Assembly (NCBI GenBank): GCA_030295235.1
Contig: AP026129.1
Span: 1,178,001 to 1,242,000, forward strand
Source of the DNA: Fistulifera solaris
Taxonomy: Eukaryota
Direction: 5' to 3'
Length of the DNA stretch: 64,000 bases
Position numbers and translations under genes: made by a program. Under the pieces are notes generated by a model. The model ran no database searches, was not told where the DNA came from, and worked only from the letters and a program-made list of their open reading frames with translations. This document shows positions 25,718 to 36,288 of the stretch, one piece after another (within the stretch, counting starts at the first letter, position 1; every line of letters begins with the position of its first letter).

Positions 25718-27445
25718 TTACTTCCGACTCACTTTCTTTTTCTTGGCCGGAGGCTCTTTGTCTTGGCGATTGCTTAACTCTTCGACGGCATCCGGTTCGA
25801 TGGTGACAAATGACTTTGCGGTACTTTCTTCCACAACAAACAAAGTGTGACCGTATCCGCAGGCCAGACTTTGCACCGTGCATCCATCCAGTTTGGTCAC
25901 AAAGGTCGGCTTGGCACTCGATTTTGCGTTTTCCAAACCCAATTCACCGTGCGGACCTTGACCCCAGGCCACCGTTTGTCCGGCCGCCGTACTGCAGAAT
26001 ACCGTTTGTCCTCCGGCGGCCATGTGCGTCACCACATGTTGGTTGTGCGCGAGCACATCGACGAGTTGCGGACGCAAGACGGCTTCGGCGTTGTTGCGGT
26101 GCTGTCCCCAGTAATACACGTGACCGTTGTTTTGCAACAGTGAACAGTGGGCTCCCGCCGACACGGTCGGAGGTTCGGGACTGAAGGACAGCACATGCGG
26201 CAAGACACCAATGAGACGGGGAAAGTACTCGTCGGCGACGCGGCCGTGTCCGAGCACACCGTAATGTCCACAGCCCCAGGAAAAGACGCGACTGGGTTGA
26301 TTGGAGGCCGCTTCGACGGCTAAGGTGTGATGTTTCCCGGCAGCAATGTATCCGATCTTGATCTTTTCATTGAGGGGAACGACTTTTTGTTCCGACGAAC
26401 TTGTGTGCAACTTTTCTCCGGGACAATAGCAGAATGTGGTCTGCGGTGTCAAGACTTGACAATTGGCAAAGGCCAGTTTGGAAGCTGTCACAAAGTATTC
26501 ACCTGTTTCACCGTTGCCCAATTGTCCATATTCGGAAGAACCAGTCGTGTACATGACGCCCTCGGTACTCAGAACGACGGTAAAATCTTCGCCCGCAGTG
26601 ATCTGCTGTACTGTGCCCTCATAGGGCATTGATTTGAAGTTCGGAACACTCTCGACTTTGCTCTTAATACCACATTGACCCGATTTATTGGATCCCACCG
26701 CCCACAAGGTACCATCTTGATACAAGAGAATGGTATGAGACTTACCCGTCGCGGCCGATTGCACGGGCGGACACGGCAATTCCGTGGGATAGTAAACATT
26801 CGGAGGAAGTTGCGCGGTCAACTGGTGTGCTTCATTCCGTCCCCAACCGTAACAGGTTCCATCTTGCGCCACGGCAATGCTGTGCACCGCCGAACAACTC
26901 GTAAATACGGACGCAATCTTGCGGGGCAACGACAAGATGGTCGGGATGGTGAGATGATAGGCCGTCACATCGGTCGACTTGGTGCGTCCGACCGTTGTGA
27001 CATCCAACGTTCCTGTTTGCACGAGAGCACCCGCGGTGGCTTTACTGCTATTTGGGTTGGACGTTGCCTCGAGATATACGCGGCTAGTGTCTGCCGACGG
27101 AGTCACCTTGTCTTCGTCAGCCTTTCGTCCCGGGGACTTTCTCTTGTCACTATTACCAGTAGTTGTATTGTTGTTATTACTACTAGTATTCCCCACTCCT
27201 TCTTCTTGCATAAAACTAGCCCATGCATTGGAGATGATAGGCGCCGCATCCTCACTGGTTTTCAAACCTCTTCCTCGACTCTTCATAATGGCTTCGACGG
27301 CTTCGACTGGTAATGTTTGCGACGACGATGATTCTTCAGACGACGACAAATCGGCGGCCAATTTTTGAATATCCTTGGCGGTTCCAAAACCGGGATACAA
27401 AATAGGATCGTGTTGATGAACTCGTGCCGATCTACGTGATGGCAT
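25718..27445 (-). CDS. RCC1-repeat protein, RCC2/TD-60-like
   Basis: Multiple RCC1 repeats (GWGRNEAHQL, GSNKSGQCG, GSSEYGQLGNG, SWGCGHYGVLGH, AWGQGPHGELG). Basic C-terminal NLS KKKK. Confidence 0.88.
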   Translation of the reverse strand: MPSRRSARVHQHDPILYPGFGTAKDIQKLAADLSSSEESSSSQTLPVEAVEAIMKSRGRGLKTSEDAAPIISNAWASFMQEEGVGNTSSNNNNTTTGNSDKRKSPGRKADEDKVTPSADTSRVYLEATSNPNSSKATAGALVQTGTLDVTTVGRTKSTDVTAYHLTIPTILSLPRKIASVFTSCSAVHSIAVAQDGTCYGWGRNEAHQLTAQLPPNVYYPTELPCPPVQSAATGKSHTILLYQDGTLWAVGSNKSGQCGIKSKVESVPNFKSMPYEGTVQQITAGEDFTVVLSTEGVMYTTGSSEYGQLGNGETGEYFVTASKLAFANCQVLTPQTTFCYCPGEKLHTSSSEQKVVPLNEKIKIGYIAAGKHHTLAVEAASNQPSRVFSWGCGHYGVLGHGRVADEYFPRLIGVLPHVLSFSPEPPTVSAGAHCSLLQNNGHVYYWGQHRNNAEAVLRPQLVDVLAHNQHVVTHMAAGGQTVFCSTAAGQTVAWGQGPHGELGLENAKSSAKPTFVTKLDGCTVQSLACGYGHTLFVVEESTAKSFVTIEPDAVEELSNRQDKEPPAKKKKVSRK

Positions 27446-27835
27446 CGAATTAAAGATGATGATGATTATTACGGAGTATTATTATTGGTAAGGCCAGAGT
27501 ATCGCTCCGTATCAATAGGTTTTGGCTCCAACCGAGTACAAGTATAGTTGGGGTGTCATTTGTCGACACGATACCTGGTAGTGCACGCACACGCGCTTTT
27601 CTTGCGAGTGCGAGATCCTCGAATGGGGATGGGGAGATGCGCGGCGCGCTGCTGGTATGACGCGCACAATGTACCGGTGCAAGAGTTTTCCGTCTTCCGT
27701 CGCTCTTCCCCACTTTCGTCACGCCCTTTGTCCTTTGTCACAGTGTGTTTTGTTTTCGATTACTTTTGTTCTTCTTCATCTTCTTATTATTATGATTATT
27801 ATTATTTAATTTTGTTGTTTTCAATACTATAAATA

Positions 27836-29130
27836 ATGCCCCGCAGAAGTAAACGACAGAAGCTTACTTCAACAATTGAACGTCTGCTCTCTCAGCAGCT
27901 TGACGTCATGACAACAAACCTCTCGACTGGTTTCATTTGTGGAGACGATGACGACGACGACGACGACGACGACGACGCAATTCTCTGGATGTTCATGTTC
28001 TATTTTGCCTCACTACAGTCAAGATATCTTGAACGTGGAGGTTGCAGATTGCCTCCGCTACCTCAGCAAATTTTCTGTACCGACTTGGAAGTTGCAAATG
28101 AGAGAAGTTGGCTGACAGACACAGAATTTTTTTGCAAATACAGAGTCACTCGAGCAGGTTTTACAACGATTTTGAATCGCATCAGATATCATCCTGTTTT
28201 TCAGAGAGGAAAACGAGGACCGGAACAAGCTCCAGTGGAGTTGCAGCTTATGGTGTTTCTGAATTACATTGGTGCAGAAGGTTCGGGGGCCTGCAATGCG
28301 GCAGGTAGATTTATGTTTCACGTAAGCGAAGGCACAGCAGAAATTTATCGTAAGCGCGTTGCTAAAGCTATTTGCTCCTTGCGAGGTGAATTCATTACTT
28401 GGCCTGATGAGCAGAGAGGTCAAGCATCCGGAGAAGAATACTTGACAAATCAGGCTTGCCATTCTGCGTGGGGATGATGGATGGAACTCTTTTCCCTTTA
28501 GCCTTTGCACCTGAAAGTACTGATGCACTGGATTACTCTGGCCGCAAGCATTCATACGCTCTCAGCACGCTTGTTATTTGTGATGATCAGCGTTTGATTC
28601 GCTACTATCTTTCTGGCTGGCCGGGTAGTGCGCACGACAACAGAATATTTCGCAATAGTGCCATATTCAAGAATCCCGAGAATTACTTTTCGCCGCAAGA
28701 GTATATTATTGGAGATTCGGCTTTCTCTAATACGTGGTTCTCGGTTACTACATACAAGAGTCCGCCAAATGGCAATCTCCCGCGTTATCATGAACGTTTT
28801 AACACAGTTCTTTCCAGCTCTCGGGTTTCTTCTGAGCACACTATTGGTATTCTAAAAGGAAGGTTTCCTTGGCTCCGTCACATCCGCATGAAGATCACAA
28901 AAGACAAGGCAAGCATTATTCCTATTCTAGTTACTATTGATGCCTGCATTGTATTGCATAACATGCTGATGAAAAGCAATGAGCCTATTGATGATGATTG
29001 GCTTGAGGACTGCAATTCAAACCAAAGTAACTGGGTATTCCAAGCACTTGGGGCTCCAGATCCAGATGATTCTGATGATGATCTACGTCGAACGCAACTA
29101 ACATATTATGTGAACAAACACCACAGCTAG
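27836..29130 (+). mobile_element. PIF/Harbinger-superfamily DDE transposase (HARBI1-like)
   Basis: HTH region APVELQLMVFLNY..VSEGTA, then CVGMMDGT, YSGRK, GWPGSAHDNRIF, IIGDSAF, FN..LSSSRVSSEHTIGILKGRF and ACIVLHN. One frameshift near 28412. Confidence 0.92.
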
Positions 29131-29508
29131 TATAATTGAGCTAAATGATTACAATAACTATGCTTCCTAATTCTTCTCTAAGTTTCCTACACTAATCCTA
29201 ATCCTGCAGACTCCTCTCTATTTTCCCATGACTACAAGGAGCAAACTGAGCCCTCACTTCTTGCGGAAAGAAAACAATCATGTTAGGGAAAAACTCTGCA
29301 ATTTGTTTCTACGTTGCCTGCATTTTACGCATTGCCTTGAAATCTGGAATGTTCAAATTGAATAAGAACTCAAGATATTTTGGCAATTCATGTGGGTCCT
29401 CGGATCTCGGTTACATGAATACTTAGTAAAATAAAAGGATTGGCTACAACGTATAAATGACGTAAGCAAAAATTGGAGAGCGGGTGGCGTGACGACGGAA
29501 GAAGCAAC

Positions 29509-29526
29509 TACGGTACCGGTACCGTA
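29509..29526. promoter_or_regulatory. Perfect 18-bp palindrome TACGGTACCGGTACCGTA
   Basis: Reads identically on both strands. Member of a recurrent intergenic TACCGGTA motif family. Confidence 0.5.
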
Positions 29527-29693
29527 CTGTGCGTGAGAACCCCTCTCTCTCTAATAGGGCTGCTAGCTAGAGAGAGAGAGACCTAGGAGGAGCCCCTGGC
29601 CCAGTTATTGAAAACGGTTGGGCGGAACGCGGACGGATCGGAATGGCGACAAAATAAAAAAAAATCGGCACGAAACAGGTTTGTCGCGTTTTC

Positions 29694-31726
29694 ATGGTTC
29701 TATTTCCGAAAACGACGACTCTTAGCTATAGATATAGGAGGATGATACCTTCCAAACTTCTTCATTATTTTATGTTGGTAACTCCGCCGATGATGAGTAA
29801 TCCTTCGACGACGACGACGACGACGACCACGCGTCTGGCGGAATCATCTTGGCAGGCCGGTCACGATGTATCCAGTGATTTCCAACGACTTCAACAAGCC
29901 ATTCGATATACACAAAAGGATCAACATCTTCAATTTTTGCAACGACAACATGTATTGCGTCACTTTCCTACACAACAACGACAATTGTGGCGACCTTTCT
30001 TCCGAAAGAAAATTGTCGTACCGTTCATGGCTGGCACGTTCCTTTCGTTTGGGCCTCATCGCTGGTTCTATCCTTGGTTATTGCGACTGCAATTCTTTTC
30101 CTGTGTCGTCGTTCCTCCCTTAGTGTTACTACTATTACTACCACTACTACGAAGGAACAAACGAGATCATCGTGTCAATGATGTAAGCGACATGCGAACT
30201 TGTTTGTTGGAACAATGGACGACGGCTGTTTGGGGGGCATTTCTTTTGTGGGGTGGTTCCATTTCTTCCACCAACAGTCGTATAGTGATTCGATTGGCGG
30301 CTTGGTGTTCTATACATCAATTTCCTCGACTGCTCTATGAATTACAGGAAACACCACGACCGGTGGACGGTCTATCCTATATATTACAAAAGATCCTCCC
30401 GACACTGGGTTCCCCATGGTGGTGGGCGGCCGAACTAGGATGCAGTGGATTACTGACACCTACGGTGACTGTGGGAATAATGAGTGCTCTGTTGTTGGCC
30501 TATTTGTATCCTTCGTTAGTCCAACATCGGAATGTGATTGTCAAGTCTTTTGTATTGGGCATCGTGGGTCGATATTACTTGTGGAATCAAAAAGAAACCT
30601 TGTGGTATGCGGTCCAATGGCTCGCGACCTTCCAGTCGATTGAGAAGAATCCTATGGCTCTCCTTGCGTCATTTGGTAACTTGATATGGCCATGGATGGT
30701 GTCGGCCATCGCCTTGTTGGGACCATGGCTACATTTGGTGGCCTTTAGTAAACTGATAGAAGTCAAGCTGATCCACAATGTGTCGTCGGATATGAATGTC
30801 GAAGAAATGGAAGCAGCGTTGGCAAAACCACCGAACTGGTACTACTCGTTGAAATGGAGAGAACCACAACGGATGAGACATGTTCTACGTGCCGCCAAAG
30901 ATCGCTTTATGTATAATTTCTTATTCGCCGGAAGTGTTCCTGAGAAAATGCGTCAAGAGAGTCGCAAAATCGTGCGCCAACAAGAATTGAACGGCAATCG
31001 AATATGGGAACGCATTACGTTTTCCGACGCTACACAATGGAAAGAAAATGCCATGCAACGAATGTCCAATCAGCACAGATATGATTATGAGCGTGGGAAG
31101 TATGAGGTAGGTGTGAAGTGATATCCGATTTATTATTTTCCTGGTTTTTATTTTCAAGCACTATCTGATCTTACTCTGATTCATCTCTAGGATCCACTGG
31201 GTGTCGCTGTTTACAAGACTTTAGGAATCGGTCTAGGCTTCAATTTTGATCACATGAATGAATCGTCGGACATACCCGAAACACGGCGTTTACAGGCAAG
31301 AGCGGCCAAAAGTGCAGTTCGACATGTCCAGGACTTGTACGGCTTGAGCGCGGAAGTTTTGAAACAATTGCCGGATGGCGAAGAAAAGATACAAAAACAA
31401 TGGAATTGAAGCACCAGATTGAACAGGAGACCGAATCTCTCGCCAAACAGCTATCGGAGCTCATTCCAACGGACCGGGCCCTCCGCTTGAACGATGTCAA
31501 GTTGGAGATGTACAGCAGAGAATACAAAAAGGTATCGTCGACCGAAATGGTCCTTGTTGAACAAGAACCGTCACCGTCAAGCAGCCCCGTAAGCCAAAGG
31601 TTGCTCGAAAGTATGAAAACTAATCATCAGAGCGATTACGACGATATGGAAGAGTGGGAGCGGCAAATGACACTTTTGTTTGACGATGCTGACGGCGATG
31701 ATACTATGAAAACCTACATGGCATAG
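29694..31726 (+). CDS. Uncharacterised multi-pass membrane protein
   Basis: 475-aa hydrophobic exon, intron about 31107-31190, second exon (DPLGVAV..) running to the stop at 31726. Confidence 0.6.
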
Positions 31727-31748
31727 GTAAGGTTCCTTACCTCAACTT

Positions 31749-34001
31749 TTAGAGGATTGTACATCTTACGCCTGGTGGGCAACCCAACGCACCAGCCAGT
31801 CCACCTGCAGTTGGTGCCTGAGGAGGCGGAGCAGGTCTTGCATCGCCGTCACGACTGTCGTCTGGCGCATACCCCAACTTAACAACTTCCACGAGTTTCT
31901 GCAACGTTGTGCTTTCTCGAAAGAGGTATTCATCTGACAGCTTAACACCATAGCTATTTTCCAGCATTCCTTTGAACTGGGAAAGTGTGACACTATCCAT
32001 GAAATTGACCAAGGGTGTCATTTTATCAACAGATATCGGCCCAGCGACTTTGTCGACATCACTCTGGAGTTTGGCTAGTATTTCGGCTTTCGACATGGAT
32101 CGTAAGATAGCAATATCCTGTTCAGATGTTATGCGATTTGCACCGTTTGCTGTCTTTGGTGGACATTCGATCTCAAATGTCGAAGTTACTTCCTTGTCGA
32201 CCCGAAACGATTTTCGGTGAACAATTTGAAGCGTGTTCGCAATGAATGCTTTTCGACACCAGGCCCGGGCGATCTTGCCGCTGCTAGTTTTTGGTACCGT
32301 TTTTGGCTTGATGAGGATAATCTCAGCGAGGGCAAGTGAATGTTCCTGATTAACAGAAGCCCGGACTTTACTTATTAAATTCTCGCAAGTTTGTGTTGAA
32401 GTTGAGGATTCTTTGATTTCCATTATGAGAGCGACTTCTTCGCCTTGTCCCCTATTTGTGTCAATCGTAAAAGCAGCTGTGCAACCCAGGCGGAACATAT
32501 CCGACACGGCTTCTGCAGTGGCTTCAATATCTTGCGGGTAATAATTACGTCCTCCGACAATAATCAAATCTTTTAATCGTCCACAAATAAAAAGCTCTTT
32601 TCATGAACAAAACCCAAGTCTCCTGTTCGAAGATACCCTCGATCCGAACCTTTCATTTTTGCTTCAAAATCACTCGCGCTTTCTTCGGGCATATTGTAAT
32701 AACCTGCCGCCTTACTAGGGGAATGCAGCCATATCTCTCCAACTACCTTTTCCGGTTGTTCTTGGGTCGTTTGCGGATCGACTATTCTCAAATCAACACT
32801 ATCAGGTGGAAATCCACAACCCACCAGAGTTGTCGCTTGGTCGCCATCGGCAAGCTCCACTTTTCCTTTCACTTCCAACACCTCCTTATTCACCGACAGG
32901 CGCTTCCTTCCATTTGTACAAACAAACACAGTATGTTCCGCTAATCCGTAGGTAGGAAATATCACATTATCGGGGAAACCATATGGTTTGGTCACTTGGT
33001 AAAATGCCTCCATGCTTTCGACGGTCACGGGCTCGGCAGCATTGATGACGTGCCGTACCGAGCTCAAATCCAGCTTGTGCTGTGGTTCCATTTTGCGCGC
33101 CGTCAATGCAAAGGCAAAGTTCGGTGCTTGCAAATGTGTGGCCCGAAAATGTGACACATACCGCAACCAATCCGACGGGCGTTGCAAAAAGTGCAAGGGA
33201 GAAAAGTAATAACCACTGCCTCCACAATACAATACACCGAGAAAACTTCCAATGAGACCCATATCATGATATTGAGGTAACCACGATACAACAATGGTAT
33301 CGTCGGTTGCTTTCAAGTCGGTAGTAATGATGTGTAAGTTGTGTGCTAAATTTCCGTGGGTCAACTGGACACCTTTCGGAGTCGATGTCGATCCCGATGT
33401 AAACTGCAAAAAGCGGTCTGATGACGCTGCATCGGATACGGCGCTGCGGTGTCTACATTTTTATAAGTGTCAGTTTCGATCCATGGTAAGTGTTCGGGCC
33501 ACGATACGGCACGAAAGGTTGTCAATCGTTCACGAATATTGCTCGCCATTTTCAAATGATTGTATTCTTTGCAGGTCAACGCCATAGTAGCTTGACAGTT
33601 TTCCACAATGAGACCGAATTGTCGGAGTGTGTCACGTCGAGAAGGATTGGGCGGAAAAACGGGGACGGCCACAATGCCCGCATACAAACAGGCGAGAAAG
33701 GCCGTCATGAATTCCAGACCGGGAGGATACACCAAGACGGCACTGGAGAGAAATAAATGCCAAATGACAGTCAGTATCATTTCGCGAGACGCTCACAATT
33801 CGCTTCTCGTAGAACGTACCGATCACCTGCTTTTAATCCTTTGGAAAGAAGAAACGAAGCGATTTGTTTCATCCTTTGAGAAAGCTGGGCATACGTGAGA
33901 AATTGCGGTTCCCCATCTTTTCGTAAAAAGCCAATGGCCGTCTTGTCTGGTTGCTTTTCCGTATGTATTGTCAATCGATCGAATAGTAAATCATGCGACA
34001 T
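31749..34001 (-). CDS. Fatty acyl-AMP ligase (FAAL) fused to a C-terminal acyl-carrier (ACP/PP-binding) domain, ending in CaaX
   Basis: Motifs LVYPPGLEF, QFTSGSTSTPKGV, SWLPQYHDMGLIG, TYGLAEHT, LRTGDLGF, GRNYYPQDIE and PKTSSGKIAR. ACP-like PLVNFMDSVTLSQFKGMLENSYGVKLS..LF..TTL. C-terminus GCPPGVRCTIL. Intron 33743-33819. Frameshifts near 33430 and 32590. Confidence 0.88.
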
Positions 34002-34452
34002 GTTTGTATCTATGAGAAGGGGGTTTACTCACAAGCAATCAATCAATGACATCAATGAAAGCAATAAACGCAAGAAGTGTTTTGCAGCGTAAAAAGTCGT
34101 CCGATCGTTTTCCGTTCATGGAATCGTACCGGTTCCTACTCCGTTATCCCTCAGAACGCCAGGCGTGTCTACAATAAAGTGCATACATTTACCTTAATTA
34201 TCGACGGAGTTTCACGCTGGACGCAATGAATGAGTTGGAGTCGCGATGGAGAATGACTTTACCTAAGTCGTAAGTACCGGTACGGTATTAATTATACTTT
34301 GATTGTACAGTTGCGCTGCGCATGACCGTTGCTTCGACCAAAGTATCGAAGTCAGCCGAAACGAAACAACGACAAAACACAAAATATCCGAGTACCGAGC
34401 ACGTTGGTACATTCATTTGAATTGATTTCGTCTTCTCTCTTTCCCTATCATC

Positions 34453-35587
34453 ATGTCGGAACCTAAACCCATGACCAAAGTCCTCATTTTTGGAGGCAAA
34501 ACTGGCTGGATCGGGGGAAAAATGTACACGCTGTGCAAGGAGCAGGGTGAGTCATTCGTATTGCTGTCATCGGCATCGATGATTCGGATCCTTACGATGC
34601 TTTTCTAACTATACTGGCTGCTCTCATCTGTTCTACAGGCATCGAAGTGTACAATGCGGATTCTCGTATCGAAAACCGCGAAGCCGTCGCCGCCGAGTTG
34701 GACCGTATTCAACCCTCTCACGTTCTCATGTCGGCTGGTATCACGGGGCGCCCGAATATCGACTGGTGTGAGAGTCATCGCCCGGAAACGATCCGCACGA
34801 ATGTCATCGGAACGTTAAATGTCGCCGATCTCTGCAACGAGCGTGGCATTCATTGCACGGTTTACGCTACGGGCTGGTAAGCAAACGATGCGTTTTTTCG
34901 CTCGCTGATCGACCACCGCTAACTCATCTCCTATTCATTATTTCAACCTTAGCATATTCTCTTATGATGCAGCCCATCCACTAGGATCGGGCATCGGCTT
35001 CACTGAAGAAGATAAACCGAACTTTACGGGATCCTTTTACAGCGAGACAAAGTCGTACGTTGAACCCTTGCTGAAGCAATATCCGACTTGCATGATTTTG
35101 CGTGTTCGAATGCCGATCTCCGATGACCTTAGCTCGCGCAGTTTTGTCACCAAGATCGCCAAGTACGAAAAGGTCGTCAACATTCCTAACAGTATGACTG
35201 TCTTGACGGAGTTGTTGCCCGCTTCCTTGAAAATGGCCCAAAAGGATTGACCGGTGTTTATAACTTTACCAACCCCGGCGTTATCTCGCACAACCAAGTC
35301 TTGGATTTGTACAAAAGTACATTGACCCTGATTTCCAGTATTCCAACTTCACTATTGAAGAGCAGAACGAAATTTTGAAAGCCCCTCGATCCAACAACGA
35401 ATTGGATACTACCAAATTATTGCGTGATACGGAAGGCATTGAAATCAACGACATTTTGACGGCCATGGATTTGTGCTTCCAGCGCATGAAGAAGAATTTG
35501 GAAGCCGAAGGCATTCTACCGGACAATCTGCCCGAAGAGTTCAAACACAAGGTGCACGGTGGAACGGGAGAGTCCTTGAAGAAGTAA
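34453..35587 (+). CDS. NDP-4-keto-6-deoxyglucose 3,5-epimerase/4-reductase (NRS/ER, UER1-type rhamnose biosynthesis)
   Basis: Motifs LIFGGKTGWIGG, AGITGRPNIDWCESH, RTNVIGTLNVAD, NFTGSFYSETK, LRVRMPIS, NIPNSMT and APRSNNELD. Introns 34547-34638 and 34877-34952. Frameshifts near 35242 and 35316. Confidence 0.92.
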
Positions 35588-35715
35588 GCCGGTGTAATGG
35601 AAGTTTTAAGTTGCAAAAGACTCTGTGAGAAAACTTGTTTTGCTTCGTTAACATCGTACTAAAATGACTTCTACTGAATAGGATACTTATATTTTGTCAT
35701 CATTCCCAAACCTTT

Positions 35716-36288
35716 TTATGGGCAATTATGATCCACCGTTGCTCCGTAATCCTTAGGAATCGATTTGCCAAAGGAACTTGCTTTGCTTTCGATCCGCTTC
35801 AAAGCATTCTCACGGAATGCATCGTCGGCTTCGTTGATCAAAAATGGTTCCATCGTATCTAGACTCTCTGCAAAGTTGTCACCATCCAGATGCTCAATCA
35901 GCAGCTCCACGTGCTGCAAAAGCATACCACTCCCGGCAGTTTTATCCATAGACTCATCGCCACCGTGGAGATGAAAGGGTGGCTGATGCGTTGCATCGGA
36001 AGCAAAGTCGGGCGGAATCGACATTCCCAGGTGGTGAGCTTTGCGATTGAGTCGCCTCATGGCTTCTCGATAGTTTTCGCTGCTGACTTTATGGAGAAGC
36101 AACGATTCGATCTTCTCCATCTTTTCCGCAAAGTTTTGAGCATCGAGTTCATCTATAATTGAACCAAGTTCCTCGTCCGTATCGGCCATGCAAAGTTTTC
36201 CGATTCGGTATGCGTTGTCTCTAGGAAGCGGAACATGAAATGCTTCCGTGGTTAGCAAGATCACAGGCGCAATGATGGAAAGCTTCAT
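35716..36288 (-). CDS. Plastid-targeted protein with two tandem helical repeats (PsaS/Psa29-like domain, tentative)
   Basis: MKLSIIAPVILLTTEA-FHV bipartite presequence. Repeats LDAQNFAEKMEKIESLL..MRRL..KA..LGMSIPPDFA and LDGDNFAESLDTMEPFLINEA..LKRI..KA..FGKSIPKDYG. Confidence 0.65.
   Translation of the reverse strand: MKLSIIAPVILLTTEAFHVPLPRDNAYRIGKLCMADTDEELGSIIDELDAQNFAEKMEKIESLLLHKVSSENYREAMRRLNRKAHHLGMSIPPDFASDATHQPPFHLHGGDESMDKTAGSGMLLQHVELLIEHLDGDNFAESLDTMEPFLINEADDAFRENALKRIESKASSFGKSIPKDYGATVDHNCP

Noticed and set aside
26675..27368. Long plus-strand ORFs opposite the RCC2-like gene
   Set aside because: Antisense shadows expected from codon bias
35248..35250. TGA in NRS/ER as a selenocysteine or readthrough codon
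   Set aside because: Adding one base to the preceding A/G run restores the conserved KGLTGVYNFTNPG, so it is a frameshift artefact
31749..35587. Bacterial contaminant or recent HGT island around the FAAL
   Set aside because: Both genes have spliceosomal introns and host-like composition, and the FAAL carries a eukaryotic CaaX signal
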